Positions 9,854 through 20,150 of a stretch of 64,000 bases of DNA are shown in pieces. Positions within the stretch are counted from its first letter, which is position 1; every line of letters starts with the position of its first letter. Position numbers and translations under genes: made by a program. Source of the DNA: an uncultured virus (IMG/VR IMGVR_UViG_3300021387_001295) (Duplodnaviria > Heunggongvirae > Uroviricota > Caudoviricetes). The notes beneath the pieces were generated by a model. The model was given only the letters and a program-made list of their open reading frames with translations, did no database searches and was not told the DNA's origin. The DNA is taken from IMG/VR virus record IMGVR_UViG_3300021387_001295; one strand, written 5' to 3'.

Positions 9854-9880
9854 TTTATATCACCTCTTTCTTAATATTCT

Positions 9881-9904
9881 ATTATAGTCTATGTTTTGTT
9901 CGCG
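9881..9904 (-). promoter_or_regulatory. phage promoter motif CGCG-N14-TATAAT
   Basis: CGCG aacaaaacatagac TATAAT upstream of the 9853 gene. Confidence 0.7.
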
Positions 9905-10110
9905 TACTTTTCTATTAAACGATTTGTTGGTTCTACTATCTGAGATACAACTGATTTTTCGCAATCTTCCCTCCAAATTTTTTCACGTTTCCAAAATGGT
10001 TTTTTATAGATATCTTCGCAAATTGCTACACAAACCATTGCTTCTTTCATTCCCCAACAACCATCACAAGCACGTTCATTACACCATTTACTAAATTCTT
10101 TAAATGTCAT
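9889..10110 (-). CDS. hypothetical protein
   Basis: MTFKEFSKWCNERACDGCW; AGGAGG RBS. Confidence 0.6.
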   Translation of the reverse strand: MTFKEFSKWCNERACDGCWGMKEAMVCVAICEDIYKKPFWKREKIWREDCEKSVVSQIVEPTNRLIEKYANKT

Positions 10111-10119
10111 ATGAACCTC

Positions 10120-10329
10120 CTATTTACAATGTATTACATATCTTGATAAATTATAACCAATTTTGCATTCATCCATATCAAATTTAGGACAATCAAAACA
10201 TGTTTCATATTTATGGTCACCACAAGGTGGATACTGTGCATAGCATCCATCTATGGTTAACTCCATATGGTCTTTTTCATCTTCATCGGGGATATGGGTC
10301 GTCAGAAACGAACCACTCAAAATCTCCAT
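10120..10329 (-). CDS. small Cys-rich protein
   Basis: ORF filling the gap between polymerase and next gene; several Cys; true start uncertain. Confidence 0.4.
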   Translation of the reverse strand: MEILSGSFLTTHIPDEDEKDHMELTIDGCYAQYPPCGDHKYETCFDCPKFDMDECKIGYNLSRYVIHCK

Positions 10330-13300
10330 ATTGATTTATTGTTTCTATTGCATCATCTACTAGTTTGTTATAGTATGATTTATCAATGAAATTTTCATTA
10401 TTACCTCGAACCATTTCTGATTCAAGCCATCTAAATCCTTTAGCGCCTGTTGCTGAATAATATTTACCATCTTGTTCACGAACTAACAAACCACCACCAT
10501 GTCCTGGTAATATAGGACAGAAGTTACCAACCCTTCCAACGAATTGATAATCATGACCTTTAGCTATTTGCTCATTCAATACTGCAGATTGAACTTCAAA
10601 CTCTTTTTCTGAAATTTCCTCCCTGCGGAATTTTTGAGTTAGCTTAGTCAATTCTTTTTCCAAATCACTAACATCTGGTAGATTTTCATTCATGTCTAAA
10701 TATAAAGATGATTTAACCGATTTAGTCTCACACATATCATTAAATTCGATAGGTTCTTTACTAAACAGTGTTTTAAATACATAAGGTATTTGAAATTGAG
10801 TACCTGTGGCATCCCACTTACCATCTTTCTTACCACCTTTATACTTACAAATATAAACAGCATCATTAACTAAACACATCCTATCGTATGTAGCCTCGTG
10901 CTCAAATGTATAACCATACTTCTCTCCAAAGTCCATAACAAATTGTATGATCTCTGGTGTTGCATTAGGTATTTTTATTGAGTCTGTTTTAATATGAGCA
11001 ACTGTAAATCCTCTAGCTTGCACTTCGTGTTTTAAATCTATCATGAACAAAGCTCCACGTTTTGCAACTATATTATCTTTATTACGAATATCTCTGAATG
11101 GATTATCAAAGTTTGCAGCTGTTAATCCATATACAGAGTTAATCGCCGTTTTAAGTGCATTAGCTAGATCTTTAGAAGTTATCTCACCACTTTTTACCTT
11201 TTGAATATATGGTGTAAGCTTTCCATCAAGCATGTTACTAACTGCTTCCCAATCCTCATGCTTAATAGAAACCCTTCCTTCAACAATATCCCTAAACTTT
11301 TCAGTATAGTCAGGACCAAATAAACACTCAGCAATATCGCTGTGGGGATGCATACTAGCAACATCCAACAAAGCAACATTACAATGAATACCAGGCTCAG
11401 CATAAACGTAACCACCTTCTCCTACCTCCTCTCCTCGGTATGTAGAAACCCCATTCTCATACTTATACCCAGGAAAATATGGTAAGATAGATTTAGCTTC
11501 ACCATGCTTTTGTGACATCATTTTCGGACATGCCTTCTTTAAGAATTTTTCTATCTCGGGATCTAATTCAAATACAGGTTCTGCTAGATTCCTATAGAAG
11601 AATTTACTTTGAGGTTTCCTCTCCTGATCAAATATAATTTTAGTTGTTAATGTATTTGTTGTGTCATTAACACTTAAACCTGCTAAATCTGCTAAAATTT
11701 GTCTAGCCATCCAGTCAGCAGATAAATAATCAAATGCTGCTTCTGTTGCAATAACATCATTATCACAATACTCAGCAACTTCTAACCATTTCTCTTCTGG
11801 TACTGGTTGATCCCATGGTAATCCTAATTCTTTATGATGTATACCCATCTCAATTTCTAGTTTCTTTAAAGATTTCTTATTTCCAGCTGAAGCAAAATCA
11901 TAAACATCTGTATAAGACAAATTATATGCTTCACCAAAAAATGCATTTCTCTCCCCATTAATTATTCTTTGAGATAAGTTAAACAATTGTTCATTAGAAT
12001 ATCCCATAAGTCTTGCATAAATTAAATGATTATCATATCGTCTACAGTTGAATCCTATTAATTTGTATTTTAATATCTGTTCAATATCATTAGGTGATGG
12101 ATTAATCATTCTTACAACTTTGTTTCCAGGTCCTCTAACTTTCCAGTTAACAAGAAACAAATTTGGAAATACCTCTATATCATAAAATACAATAATATCC
12201 TCCTTTGAATCAACTGCCATTGATGGATCATCGGATTTAAAATGCATTTGTTTAACTAATTTAATACAATACTCTGCCTGATTTGTACTATTTGCAGCGA
12301 ATGCATAAATTTCATTTTTCATATCAGACAAATCGTATTTCATCCCACGTTCGTAAGCGTCTTCTAAAATCTTATAGATAAAGTCAACACTTGGTTTTGT
12401 ACCAGGATGTATTTCTTTATTTAGATTACGTTCGATAAGTCGCCTCAAACCTATCTCACTTTTTATAACATTATCGCCTACCACGGTCTTCTCTCCTTTC
12501 ATAGGTAAACCAGAGCTAATTGTTTTAATAGGTAAATTATTACATTTCGTCAATTTTCTACGGAGTGAACTTTTACCTGTAAATACTTTAATTTCTATAC
12601 TATCTGCATACACTCGACTAAGTTTGGTAGCATCTCCTAAGAAAATATAATGCAAATGAATACCTTGACCAGACTTAGACAATTCTGCATAAGTGGCTGG
12701 CCATTCACTTGCAGCCTCCAAATTCTTCTCAAAAGATTTATTACCATTTTCATCTTTTAAATCGAAATCAATTACTATATGATTTTCAGGAATTTTTACA
12801 TAATGTAATCTTGATGTATCAAGCTTCTTTAATTTAAGACGAACATTATCCCATTTTTTACTAGGTGTTTCTTTTGAGGTGGCATATTGAGCTAAGCACT
12901 CTCCACACTCTTCATCAAATATAGATTTCTGTTTCTTAAACTCAATAACATACTTTTTAGGTTTAGGTGGTTCGTTTAATTCTTGTTTATTTTGCTTTAA
13001 TATATTAACATCAAATCCTTTAAAATAATTACGTACATGAGTTCCGTCTTCCATTCTATAATCAATATAATGTTCTTTAAAATATGTTTTTAATTCATTT
13101 TTAAATGCTCTCATTGACATCGGATAACCTACTTTAGCATCTTCACAATAATTTTTGTAAAGTTCCCATGCTTGTTTTAATGTAGTACCATCTTCTTTAC
13201 TAAATATACGATATACGTCCATCATAAAATTGTAGAAATCATTAGTTTCATCAATCATGGATACTGGAATATACTTATCATAAAATTCCATATTGTTCTC

Positions 13301-14305
13301 ATATACTTCTTTACAATGCCAAGCTATAGCACCTAATTCAAATCTTATTTCTTTCATTAATTTATTATACTCTGAAGAACTAACTTTTTCTCCTGATGGA
13401 GTTACATCAATTAATCTTCTTATAATACCAGATTTACTATCAGTAATCTTAACTGGTTTATTAGTACCCATAAATAAGAAACAATTGAACCTATTTTCAT
13501 ATGCTCTTTTAAATTTTTCATTTACAGTCATATACTCATGTGATACTAAACTATTTAATCTAGTATTATCTTCAATTCTTGATAAATCGCCATCATGTTG
13601 TATAGCAATTAATGGGTTATTAGAAAATGGTTCTAAAGCAAAAGATGCATTTGCACTACCTAAAGCTTTAGCATCAAATGTACACCAATAACCTTGAAAT
13701 AACATTTGAATAATATTTAGTATTGTAGATTTACCAGTTCCAGATGCTCCATAAAATACCATAAATTTTTGTAGTTCTCTAGAGTCTCCATTAACTATTG
13801 AACCAATAGCCCACTCTATTTTATGTCTTTCATCTGGTGTATACAATACACTAATTAATCTATCATATGCTGTAATATTACCTGGCTCTAATGCATATGG
13901 TAAATGTTTTGTTGAATACTTCTCACGAGTTATAGTATCATTTGCAAATATCAATTCTTGATCTAATGTATGATAAGTATCTCTTATTTGTTTCTGACAA
14001 TATTTATGCCATTTGTCTATAAGATTATTATTTGAGTTATACAAATATAAACCATATGCTTCACCACTAATATCACCATATTTATTATTATACTCGTCAA
14101 CATATTTACGAGTCTCAATATCTATCAAAGCTAATGCATCATCTTCATCTGTAGACCACATTTGTTTGTCTTCAATCCAGACTGCATAAAAATCTCCTCC
14201 TCTAATCATAAGATCTTTGGGTTTTGGATATAGTCTAAATGTAGGATAGATTTCCACATTACCCTGACGGGTTTTATGTGATTCAAACATTAAAAAATCT
14301 AACAT
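10283..14305 (-). CDS. SF3 helicase / primase (AEP-like) / family B DNA polymerase fusion
   Basis: GASGTGKST Walker A and MGTN; IDFD and SKSGQGIHLHY; exonuclease YDIE, GFNCRRYD, YCDND; PolB motifs DVASMHP, KTAINSVYG, KTDS. Confidence 0.85.
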   Translation of the reverse strand: MLDFLMFESHKTRQGNVEIYPTFRLYPKPKDLMIRGGDFYAVWIEDKQMWSTDEDDALALIDIETRKYVDEYNNKYGDISGEAYGLYLYNSNNNLIDKWHKYCQKQIRDTYHTLDQELIFANDTITREKYSTKHLPYALEPGNITAYDRLISVLYTPDERHKIEWAIGSIVNGDSRELQKFMVFYGASGTGKSTILNIIQMLFQGYWCTFDAKALGSANASFALEPFSNNPLIAIQHDGDLSRIEDNTRLNSLVSHEYMTVNEKFKRAYENRFNCFLFMGTNKPVKITDSKSGIIRRLIDVTPSGEKVSSSEYNKLMKEIRFELGAIAWHCKEVYENNMEFYDKYIPVSMIDETNDFYNFMMDVYRIFSKEDGTTLKQAWELYKNYCEDAKVGYPMSMRAFKNELKTYFKEHYIDYRMEDGTHVRNYFKGFDVNILKQNKQELNEPPKPKKYVIEFKKQKSIFDEECGECLAQYATSKETPSKKWDNVRLKLKKLDTSRLHYVKIPENHIVIDFDLKDENGNKSFEKNLEAASEWPATYAELSKSGQGIHLHYIFLGDATKLSRVYADSIEIKVFTGKSSLRRKLTKCNNLPIKTISSGLPMKGEKTVVGDNVIKSEIGLRRLIERNLNKEIHPGTKPSVDFIYKILEDAYERGMKYDLSDMKNEIYAFAANSTNQAEYCIKLVKQMHFKSDDPSMAVDSKEDIIVFYDIEVFPNLFLVNWKVRGPGNKVVRMINPSPNDIEQILKYKLIGFNCRRYDNHLIYARLMGYSNEQLFNLSQRIINGERNAFFGEAYNLSYTDVYDFASAGNKKSLKKLEIEMGIHHKELGLPWDQPVPEEKWLEVAEYCDNDVIATEAAFDYLSADWMARQILADLAGLSVNDTTNTLTTKIIFDQERKPQSKFFYRNLAEPVFELDPEIEKFLKKACPKMMSQKHGEAKSILPYFPGYKYENGVSTYRGEEVGEGGYVYAEPGIHCNVALLDVASMHPHSDIAECLFGPDYTEKFRDIVEGRVSIKHEDWEAVSNMLDGKLTPYIQKVKSGEITSKDLANALKTAINSVYGLTAANFDNPFRDIRNKDNIVAKRGALFMIDLKHEVQARGFTVAHIKTDSIKIPNATPEIIQFVMDFGEKYGYTFEHEATYDRMCLVNDAVYICKYKGGKKDGKWDATGTQFQIPYVFKTLFSKEPIEFNDMCETKSVKSSLYLDMNENLPDVSDLEKELTKLTQKFRREEISEKEFEVQSAVLNEQIAKGHDYQFVGRVGNFCPILPGHGGGLLVREQDGKYYSATGAKGFRWLESEMVRGNNENFIDKSYYNKLVDDAIETINQYGDFEWFVSDDPYPR

Positions 14306-14308
14306 TGA

Positions 14309-14500
14309 CTATACTCCTCTCGTATTTAACTCTGATAATTCCTCCTCAATAGAATCAATTCTATCATTTTGATCTTTAATTATTTTTGCTACTGCAAATA
14401 ATCCTATTCCAATCAATACAAATCTAAAGTTAATTCTTTTAGCTAATTTTTCTACAGCCTCTGAATTCTTTGCAATGCCTCCTATTAAAATATCAATCAT
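14309..14500 (-). CDS. small membrane protein
   Basis: ORF with AGAAAGGAGG RBS and a hydrophobic segment. Confidence 0.55.
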   Translation of the reverse strand: MIDILIGGIAKNSEAVEKLAKRINFRFVLIGIGLFAVAKIIKDQNDRIDSIEEELSELNTRGV

Positions 14501-14516
14501 TGAGTATTCCTCCTTT

Positions 14517-15062
14517 CTAACTTATTGTATTTAAATACCAACAAAGTTGGGTCCAGATTTCTACATCTCTAAGATCTGTGTCACAATCTCTAATGTAGAA
14601 CAAGCCTCCTTTACCATTAGGTTCATATCTACGTTCTAATAATCTGTAGATTCTTTCATTTACATATTGTTCATCATATACGTCATCAGACATCGAGCTG
14701 ATACCTATATTTGACAACATACCCCAAAACCATTGTTGTGTACGATCACCATATTGTGGATCATCCATGATTTGTTCTTCGGTTCTGATAGCTAAAGCTA
14801 ACATCATTTCTAGAACACTACAAGGATAGTCTGATAAAATATCAAAAGCTTCATCATCTCTTACCACAGTTGCGAAGCGATACCTCAGGTTAACTCCATC
14901 CATGGCTCTGTTAACATCGTTACGAATATAAAAGTCAAATTGCGTATCATGCAAGTTAGCGAACAATTTACGGAAAGATATGTGTTCGTTGATTCTCCCT
15001 TTACAAGCGTAGTTATACAGCCATTCGAAATATCTATTTCTAACCTGATCTTGATAATTCAT
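14517..15062 (-). CDS. conserved hypothetical phage protein
   Basis: 181-aa ORF (CSVLEMMLALA, GKGGLF, EIWTQLCWYL). Confidence 0.65.
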   Translation of the reverse strand: MNYQDQVRNRYFEWLYNYACKGRINEHISFRKLFANLHDTQFDFYIRNDVNRAMDGVNLRYRFATVVRDDEAFDILSDYPCSVLEMMLALAIRTEEQIMDDPQYGDRTQQWFWGMLSNIGISSMSDDVYDEQYVNERIYRLLERRYEPNGKGGLFYIRDCDTDLRDVEIWTQLCWYLNTIS

Positions 15063-15661
15063 TATTCAGTATCTCCTCCTGTTACTTCATAAAAATGCTT
15101 TTCAGAAATCAAGATTTCATAATATATTTCGTCAGTATCATCTGCAACAAATACTCTTTCAGTATATCTATCTTTCCTAAATTCCTCTAAAGCATCACCT
15201 ACAGTAGATCTAACATCCTCAACTTCTAAATCTTCATCAGTTGCTAATATGTTATCTCTATAATACCAGAATAATGTCTTCTGTTCATAATCCTCATTTT
15301 CTCCGAATTCTTCTTCAGAGATTACATAAGGAAATGTCTCTTCTTTTGGCTTAACTACGTCTGATTCTCCTCTAGGATTATCTATAATTCCGTTAGATAA
15401 TTCCTCATCAGAATCTGATTGTACTGGTCTTTCCATTGGGACCACATTTGATCTTCCACTTTTTCCCTCATAATCGGGATTGGGATTTTCATCTGGAGCA
15501 CCAGCTATTTTTTCATCTAAAGTTTCTTTATAAACTTTAAATCTATTTACAACATCTGCTATTTCTTCGTCTGCAATCTTTTTATAATGCTTTTTAACAA
15601 AATACCATGTTGCACCGGCACCAACACCAGCACCGGCTAAAAATATAAATACACCTTTCAT
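15062..15661 (-). CDS. membrane-anchored acidic protein
   Basis: N-terminal FLAGAGVGAGATW hydrophobic helix followed by an acidic domain. Confidence 0.65.
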   Translation of the reverse strand: MKGVFIFLAGAGVGAGATWYFVKKHYKKIADEEIADVVNRFKVYKETLDEKIAGAPDENPNPDYEGKSGRSNVVPMERPVQSDSDEELSNGIIDNPRGESDVVKPKEETFPYVISEEEFGENEDYEQKTLFWYYRDNILATDEDLEVEDVRSTVGDALEEFRKDRYTERVFVADDTDEIYYEILISEKHFYEVTGGDTE

Positions 15662-15667
15662 TTTATT

Positions 15668-16579
15668 TTACTCCTCCCATTCTAAATTTCCTAATATGTT
15701 TCCATCTACATTAAAATCTAAAAGTATATTACGTTCTAATCCATTAACAAAAGCTCTTTTTCTTTCATCGGTTACATCATAAATACCAAAATCAACATAA
15801 TTGTCTCCTTCACTATTCCATTTCCAACCAACTACTTGACCTGCTTTAGTCTTAGGAATTCCTAACATTGAATAAACATCATTTAAAAATAAATATCCTC
15901 TTTTTTGTAACATTTCATTTGCATAATCTTGTTGTTTTCTTAAAAACATTAAATTATACTCAGAATCTTTATGCCATTGATCTGAAGATTCCTCAAAGAA
16001 TCTAGCATAAGGACTTATTTCTTTAGGTTCACCTTCTACTGTATAAACAGTCTTTTTAACATTCTTGCCATTTTCATCTTTTTCTACTATTTCTTTTGCT
16101 TTAATATTGTACTTTAATTCTTTATCGACTTGCTCACCAAATCTTTCAACTACATTTTTTCTATAGTTTTTGAATCCTTTATCTAATGCTAAATATGCAG
16201 CACCTAATGAAGCATATCTTTTCTTCAATATTCTTTGGCCAAATAGAATTGAAGCTACAGATACTGTTCCTAATATAATTGCAGGAGCGTATACTTTTAA
16301 TAATTTAACCCCTGTTTGTACTGTTGTAATATATATATCTTTCTTAGCGTCTTCTTGAGTATAATTTACCTCGTGATCAGCAAGGCACATTTCAATATTT
16401 TTTTCAACTTCTTTTTTCTCATTAAGTATACCGTCTATTTTCCTAGTTGCTTTACATGCTAAAACAGTGGCTCCTACACCACCAATAATACCAGCACATG
16501 TAAATATCTCAGGTGCATGCTTTTTGGCCTGGAAACTTACTGTGCCTAATACTCTACTTACTCCTATTGGTAAATTCAT
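15668..16579 (-). CDS. DUF6353-like protein, paralog 1
   Basis: KKHAPEI..GIIGGVGATVLACKAT, YAPAIILG, GYLFLNDVY, VGW; start MNLPIG after GAAAGGAG. Confidence 0.65.
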   Translation of the reverse strand: MNLPIGVSRVLGTVSFQAKKHAPEIFTCAGIIGGVGATVLACKATRKIDGILNEKKEVEKNIEMCLADHEVNYTQEDAKKDIYITTVQTGVKLLKVYAPAIILGTVSVASILFGQRILKKRYASLGAAYLALDKGFKNYRKNVVERFGEQVDKELKYNIKAKEIVEKDENGKNVKKTVYTVEGEPKEISPYARFFEESSDQWHKDSEYNLMFLRKQQDYANEMLQKRGYLFLNDVYSMLGIPKTKAGQVVGWKWNSEGDNYVDFGIYDVTDERKRAFVNGLERNILLDFNVDGNILGNLEWEE

Positions 16580-16595
16580 TTTATTACTCCTTTCA

Positions 16596-17231
16596 TTAAT
16601 CAATTGGAACTGCTCTAGGCATCTTTATCATATAACCATCACGATTTCTGATAATTTCTGCTCTAGTAATATTTGTCCAACCATATCTATTATCTGTATA
16701 TTCTCCTGTAATACCAACTAAATCATATAAATCTGCTACACGTACTAATCCATATGTATCCATTAATTCATCCATTCTAGTTAATACTTCTTCAGCTTCC
16801 CCTCGAGTAGGAAGTATGATATCATCATAAGAATATTGTCCAGACATTAAAGCTTGTCTTTCATTCATTCGAGGTCTTGAATAACCTCCATCATAATAAC
16901 TTCTATAAGAAACCCTATCGGCTGTAGAGCGTCCTCTACTACCTTTACGAGATTCTCCATATAATATAATGTCTATACCATCTGTGACTATATCACTGAT
17001 TGCTTTTTTAATTGCTGGGATTAATACATCTCCAAAAATATAAGATTTTACACTAGGTGCATCTTCTGAGATTATATTACCCATAAATTTGTCGAACATT
17101 CCCTTTTTCTTACGTTTTACTGTACCAGTGACAACTTTTTGAGTAACACGTTTTTCGGTTTTCTGTTCTGCTAGTTTTTTCTGTTCTTCTTTATACTTGT
17201 TTGAATTTGGTGGATAATTTTGTATTTCCAA
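16596..17231 (-). CDS. conserved hypothetical phage protein
   Basis: TTG start after AGAAAGGAG; RGEAEEVL...VADLYDLVG...YGW. Confidence 0.65.
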   Translation of the reverse strand: MEIQNYPPNSNKYKEEQKKLAEQKTEKRVTQKVVTGTVKRKKKGMFDKFMGNIISEDAPSVKSYIFGDVLIPAIKKAISDIVTDGIDIILYGESRKGSRGRSTADRVSYRSYYDGGYSRPRMNERQALMSGQYSYDDIILPTRGEAEEVLTRMDELMDTYGLVRVADLYDLVGITGEYTDNRYGWTNITRAEIIRNRDGYMIKMPRAVPID

Positions 17232-17260
17232 TGTTATTCTCCTTTCTACAAAAATAAAAA

Positions 17261-17293
17261 TAAAAGAAGTATCTGTTTTATAGATACTCCTTT
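17261..17293 (-). terminator. intrinsic terminator
   Basis: AAAGGAGTATCT..AGATACTTCTTTT stem followed by T-rich run on minus strand. Confidence 0.6.
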
Positions 17294-17308
17294 AATCGAT
17301 TAAAGATC

Positions 17309-17521
17309 TTATTCTTCAGTTTCTTCTGGAACTTCTGAATATTCTACAGTATCTACTGTTGCCATTTTTCTAGCTTTAATCTTTCTGTAAACTAAATATC
17401 CTAATCCAATTACTGCTGCTGTGATTCCTACACCAACACCAATTTTTACTAGATTGTTAGTTCCAGTTACTTCAGCTACTTCTGCAACATCTGTTACTTT
17501 TTCTAATTCTGTGTTCTCCAT
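17309..17521 (-). CDS. small membrane protein
   Basis: MENTELE... with TM segment IGVGVGITAAVIGLGYLVY; own promoter and RBS. Confidence 0.65.
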   Translation of the reverse strand: MENTELEKVTDVAEVAEVTGTNNLVKIGVGVGITAAVIGLGYLVYRKIKARKMATVDTVEYSEVPEETEE

Positions 17522-17548
17522 AGTCGAAACCTCCTTTCTTCTGATCTC

Positions 17549-17572
17549 ATTATAGAGTATGCGATTTTCGCG
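17549..17572 (-). promoter_or_regulatory. phage promoter motif
   Basis: CGCG aaaatcgcatactc TATAAT. Confidence 0.7.
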
Positions 17573-17576
17573 CCTC

Positions 17577-18347
17577 CTATATAAGTTTATCGAAGTCATA
17601 CTTCGGACTTATATCAACATCAAATACAATACATGGTTCATCATTTTCTGTGATACATGCATTGAAACTTGGCTCTATTAAACCATTATCTAAGTTCCAA
17701 CCCATAAGGTCTCCATTCTTAATATCATCTAAACCAAGTTCACCATAGAACTCATTTAATGAAATATAATGATCATATGTAAGCCTTCTATTTAATTTGT
17801 TAATCGTTTGTTTAATTGTTTCAATATCACTTCTGAAATATCTTCCAGAAATCATATCTTTACATAATGTATTACCTTTTGAGGTAACAATTATTTGATT
17901 TGGAGAAGGTTGATTCTTATCGATATCGTCTTGAGCGACTTTATCTCTTATCTGATGTTCCTTCTTTTCACCAAGAGTCTCAATTACTTTATCCCTATAT
18001 CTAATTAAGGTACGCTCTGATAAAGCATAAGCTGCTCCTAGTGCTGCATTTCGTTTGTAATTAATTGTGCTAGCACCAATAATACATCCTGCAGATAACA
18101 CAAATGTTACTACAGATGGTATATATGGTTTCCATACTGCTAAAAATGTTTCTTTAGGTGTTAAATGGTTGACATCAAGCTCTTGTTTCTTTTGTTCTAC
18201 TAATGTCATAGCTTTTGGTGTGGCTCTTACTGCAGTGACAACAGAACAGCCCATGCCAACTATTCCAATACCTGTTAAAATTTCAGGGCTATGTTTTCCT
18301 AAAAAATTCTTTGAATCATTAATAAATTTTGTAAATTTTTGATTCAT
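17577..18347 (-). CDS. DUF6353-like protein, paralog 2
   Basis: KHSPEILTGIGIVG..AVRATPKA, WKPYIP, YISLNEFY, MGW; start MNQKF after AGAAAGGAG. Confidence 0.7.
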   Translation of the reverse strand: MNQKFTKFINDSKNFLGKHSPEILTGIGIVGMGCSVVTAVRATPKAMTLVEQKKQELDVNHLTPKETFLAVWKPYIPSVVTFVLSAGCIIGASTINYKRNAALGAAYALSERTLIRYRDKVIETLGEKKEHQIRDKVAQDDIDKNQPSPNQIIVTSKGNTLCKDMISGRYFRSDIETIKQTINKLNRRLTYDHYISLNEFYGELGLDDIKNGDLMGWNLDNGLIEPSFNACITENDEPCIVFDVDISPKYDFDKLI

Positions 18348-18390
18348 GTTATTCTCCTTTCTAAAAACAAAAAGGTCTTTGTTAGACCTC

Positions 18391-18531
18391 TTATTTTTGT
18401 AATTGTGCAAATTTGGCATTAATTGCTTCATCTATTGCCATTTGTTGTACTTGGTTTCCAGCAATAGTACTTACTATTGTTCCTGCTAATGTTAGACCCA
18501 AGCCTATAAATGTTAATATTTTTGGATTCAT
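18391..18531 (-). CDS. small membrane protein (46 aa, not in ORF track)
   Basis: MNPKILTFIGLGLTLAGTIVS...; own promoter, AGGAGG RBS, terminator at ~18369-18390. Confidence 0.6.
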   Translation of the reverse strand: MNPKILTFIGLGLTLAGTIVSTIAGNQVQQMAIDEAINAKFAQLQK

Positions 18532-18557
18532 TTAATTACCTCCTTTTCCTATTACTC

Positions 18558-18581
18558 ATTATAGTATAAGTTTTTCTCGCG
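18558..18581 (-). promoter_or_regulatory. phage promoter motif
   Basis: CGCG agaaaaacttatac TATAAT. Confidence 0.7.
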
Positions 18582-19340
18582 TCATCTTATTATAACACCC
18601 TCTGCATCAAAACATACATTAGGCTCAGTGACAGCATTAATTATAAATACTTCTACTCTGTCTTCTCGATCGCCACCAACATCCATCATACATAGTTGAT
18701 TCTCAAATTTTATTTCGAAGTATGTTCCATTATCATACCAACCTATTTCGTTAGCATATGAAAGTGGTTCCAAACCTAATAATTGGTAAAAATCGTTCAT
18801 CGTAACTGCTCCACTTGCTGCAAATTCTGCATTAAGTTGATCCTCAGCTCGAAGAACATCTTCGATACTACTTTCAAAATATCGCAAAGATTGATAATCA
18901 AAGAATAACTGACCATCTTCACTTAAATCTTTTATCATCATAGGATGATCATTTAAGATTGCGTTTCTAACTTTTTGGTCAGCATCTTCACCATATAATT
19001 CTTTAGTCTTTGCTACATATTCTTGATGTAAATTATTTAGTGTTGCATATGCTGCTGTTAATGCTGTTTGTGTTTTAGTATTTAAAATATGTAAGCTTAA
19101 AATTGTGCCTATTGTTGTAATGCAACTTATAGCCGTAGGTATATAGGGTTTCCAAGCCACTTTAACTACTTCTTTCTTCGTTAACTTAGAACCTTTAACT
19201 GCTTCAGCTTCATTAATTAACTTAAGAGCTTTCGGAGTTGCCTGAATACCTAATGCAGTTGATGCGATTACGCCTACCATGCTTAAACCTGTTAAGATTA
19301 CTGGTGAGTACTTTTTTAATAAAAATTGTGCGTTTGTCAT
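18582..19340 (-). CDS. DUF6353-like protein, paralog 3
   Basis: KKYSPVILTGL..QATPKA, WKPYIP, VTMNDFY, IGW. Confidence 0.7.
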   Translation of the reverse strand: MTNAQFLLKKYSPVILTGLSMVGVIASTALGIQATPKALKLINEAEAVKGSKLTKKEVVKVAWKPYIPTAISCITTIGTILSLHILNTKTQTALTAAYATLNNLHQEYVAKTKELYGEDADQKVRNAILNDHPMMIKDLSEDGQLFFDYQSLRYFESSIEDVLRAEDQLNAEFAASGAVTMNDFYQLLGLEPLSYANEIGWYDNGTYFEIKFENQLCMMDVGGDREDRVEVFIINAVTEPNVCFDAEGVIIR

Positions 19341-19423
19341 GAATATAATTTCTCCTTTCTTTAAAAATATCTATCTAAAAATGAAAAGGACCTTGAATTA
19401 GTCCTTATCAGTGAGATAGCGTA

Positions 19424-19786
19424 TTACCTCTTATTCGCTTTGGGAATGGCTCCACTTAAAATATTTCTACCTAATGTACTCGTGATCGTTGATGATTGGT
19501 CGAATTTAAATGTTAGAATTATTGAGTAGATTGATACTGCTGTTGATACTGTAAAAGTTGCTACATCTATTATTTTGTTAATTAGTTCTTTTCTTGATTC
19601 AGATTTTAGTTGTTTTTCGTTTATCACTTTAGTTGACTCAATCTGAGCAAGTTCGATTAATTCCTTTCTAATATTATCTCTTTCTTTTACTGCATCACCG
19701 TAGTAGTCACTACCTTTATCTAATCCTTTAATTAGACCTGATACATTTTCATAATCACTCCACAATGCTTCTTTAATTTTGTGCAT
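19424..19786 (-). CDS. hypothetical protein with C-terminal hydrophobic segment
   Basis: ORF with promoter, RBS and downstream hairpin (19385-19405). Confidence 0.6.
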   Translation of the reverse strand: MHKIKEALWSDYENVSGLIKGLDKGSDYYGDAVKERDNIRKELIELAQIESTKVINEKQLKSESRKELINKIIDVATFTVSTAVSIYSIILTFKFDQSSTITSTLGRNILSGAIPKANKR

Positions 19787-19828
19787 GACTCATTCCTCCT
19801 ATTAATATATTTGCATAATACCTTCTCC

Positions 19829-19852
19829 ATTAAAGGACAAGTTATTCTCGCG
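19829..19852 (-). promoter_or_regulatory. phage promoter motif
   Basis: CGCG agaataacttgtcc TTTAAT. Confidence 0.65.
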
Positions 19853-20076
19853 TTTCATCTTGAATTGGTATTCTTGCTCCGTATGTAACATCTAATATAA
19901 CTCGTTTGACTTTACCATCTTTAAAGTCTGCTGGGTTAAGATGCAAACGGACTTGTTGAGTATTCTGATCAATAGCTATATAACCCCATGCTTGTTGATG
20001 AATGACCCATACTCTATGAATTGTATATCCGAACTATAATACCAAGAACTAGTCCGATAATATAATGTATGAACAT
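19842..20076 (-). CDS. small membrane-anchored protein (77 aa), requiring +1 shift at CGG 20029-20031
   Basis: Strong RBS; MFIHYIIGLVLGIIV-(C)GGA-YTIHRVWV...DETRE; the unshifted frame stops 5 codons later. Confidence 0.65.
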
Positions 20077-20150
20077 AAGTTTACTCTCCTTTCTAATTTC
20101 TGAAAAAATAAAGGACATTGCTGTCCTTTGAGAAGTTAAGATGAAATTAC

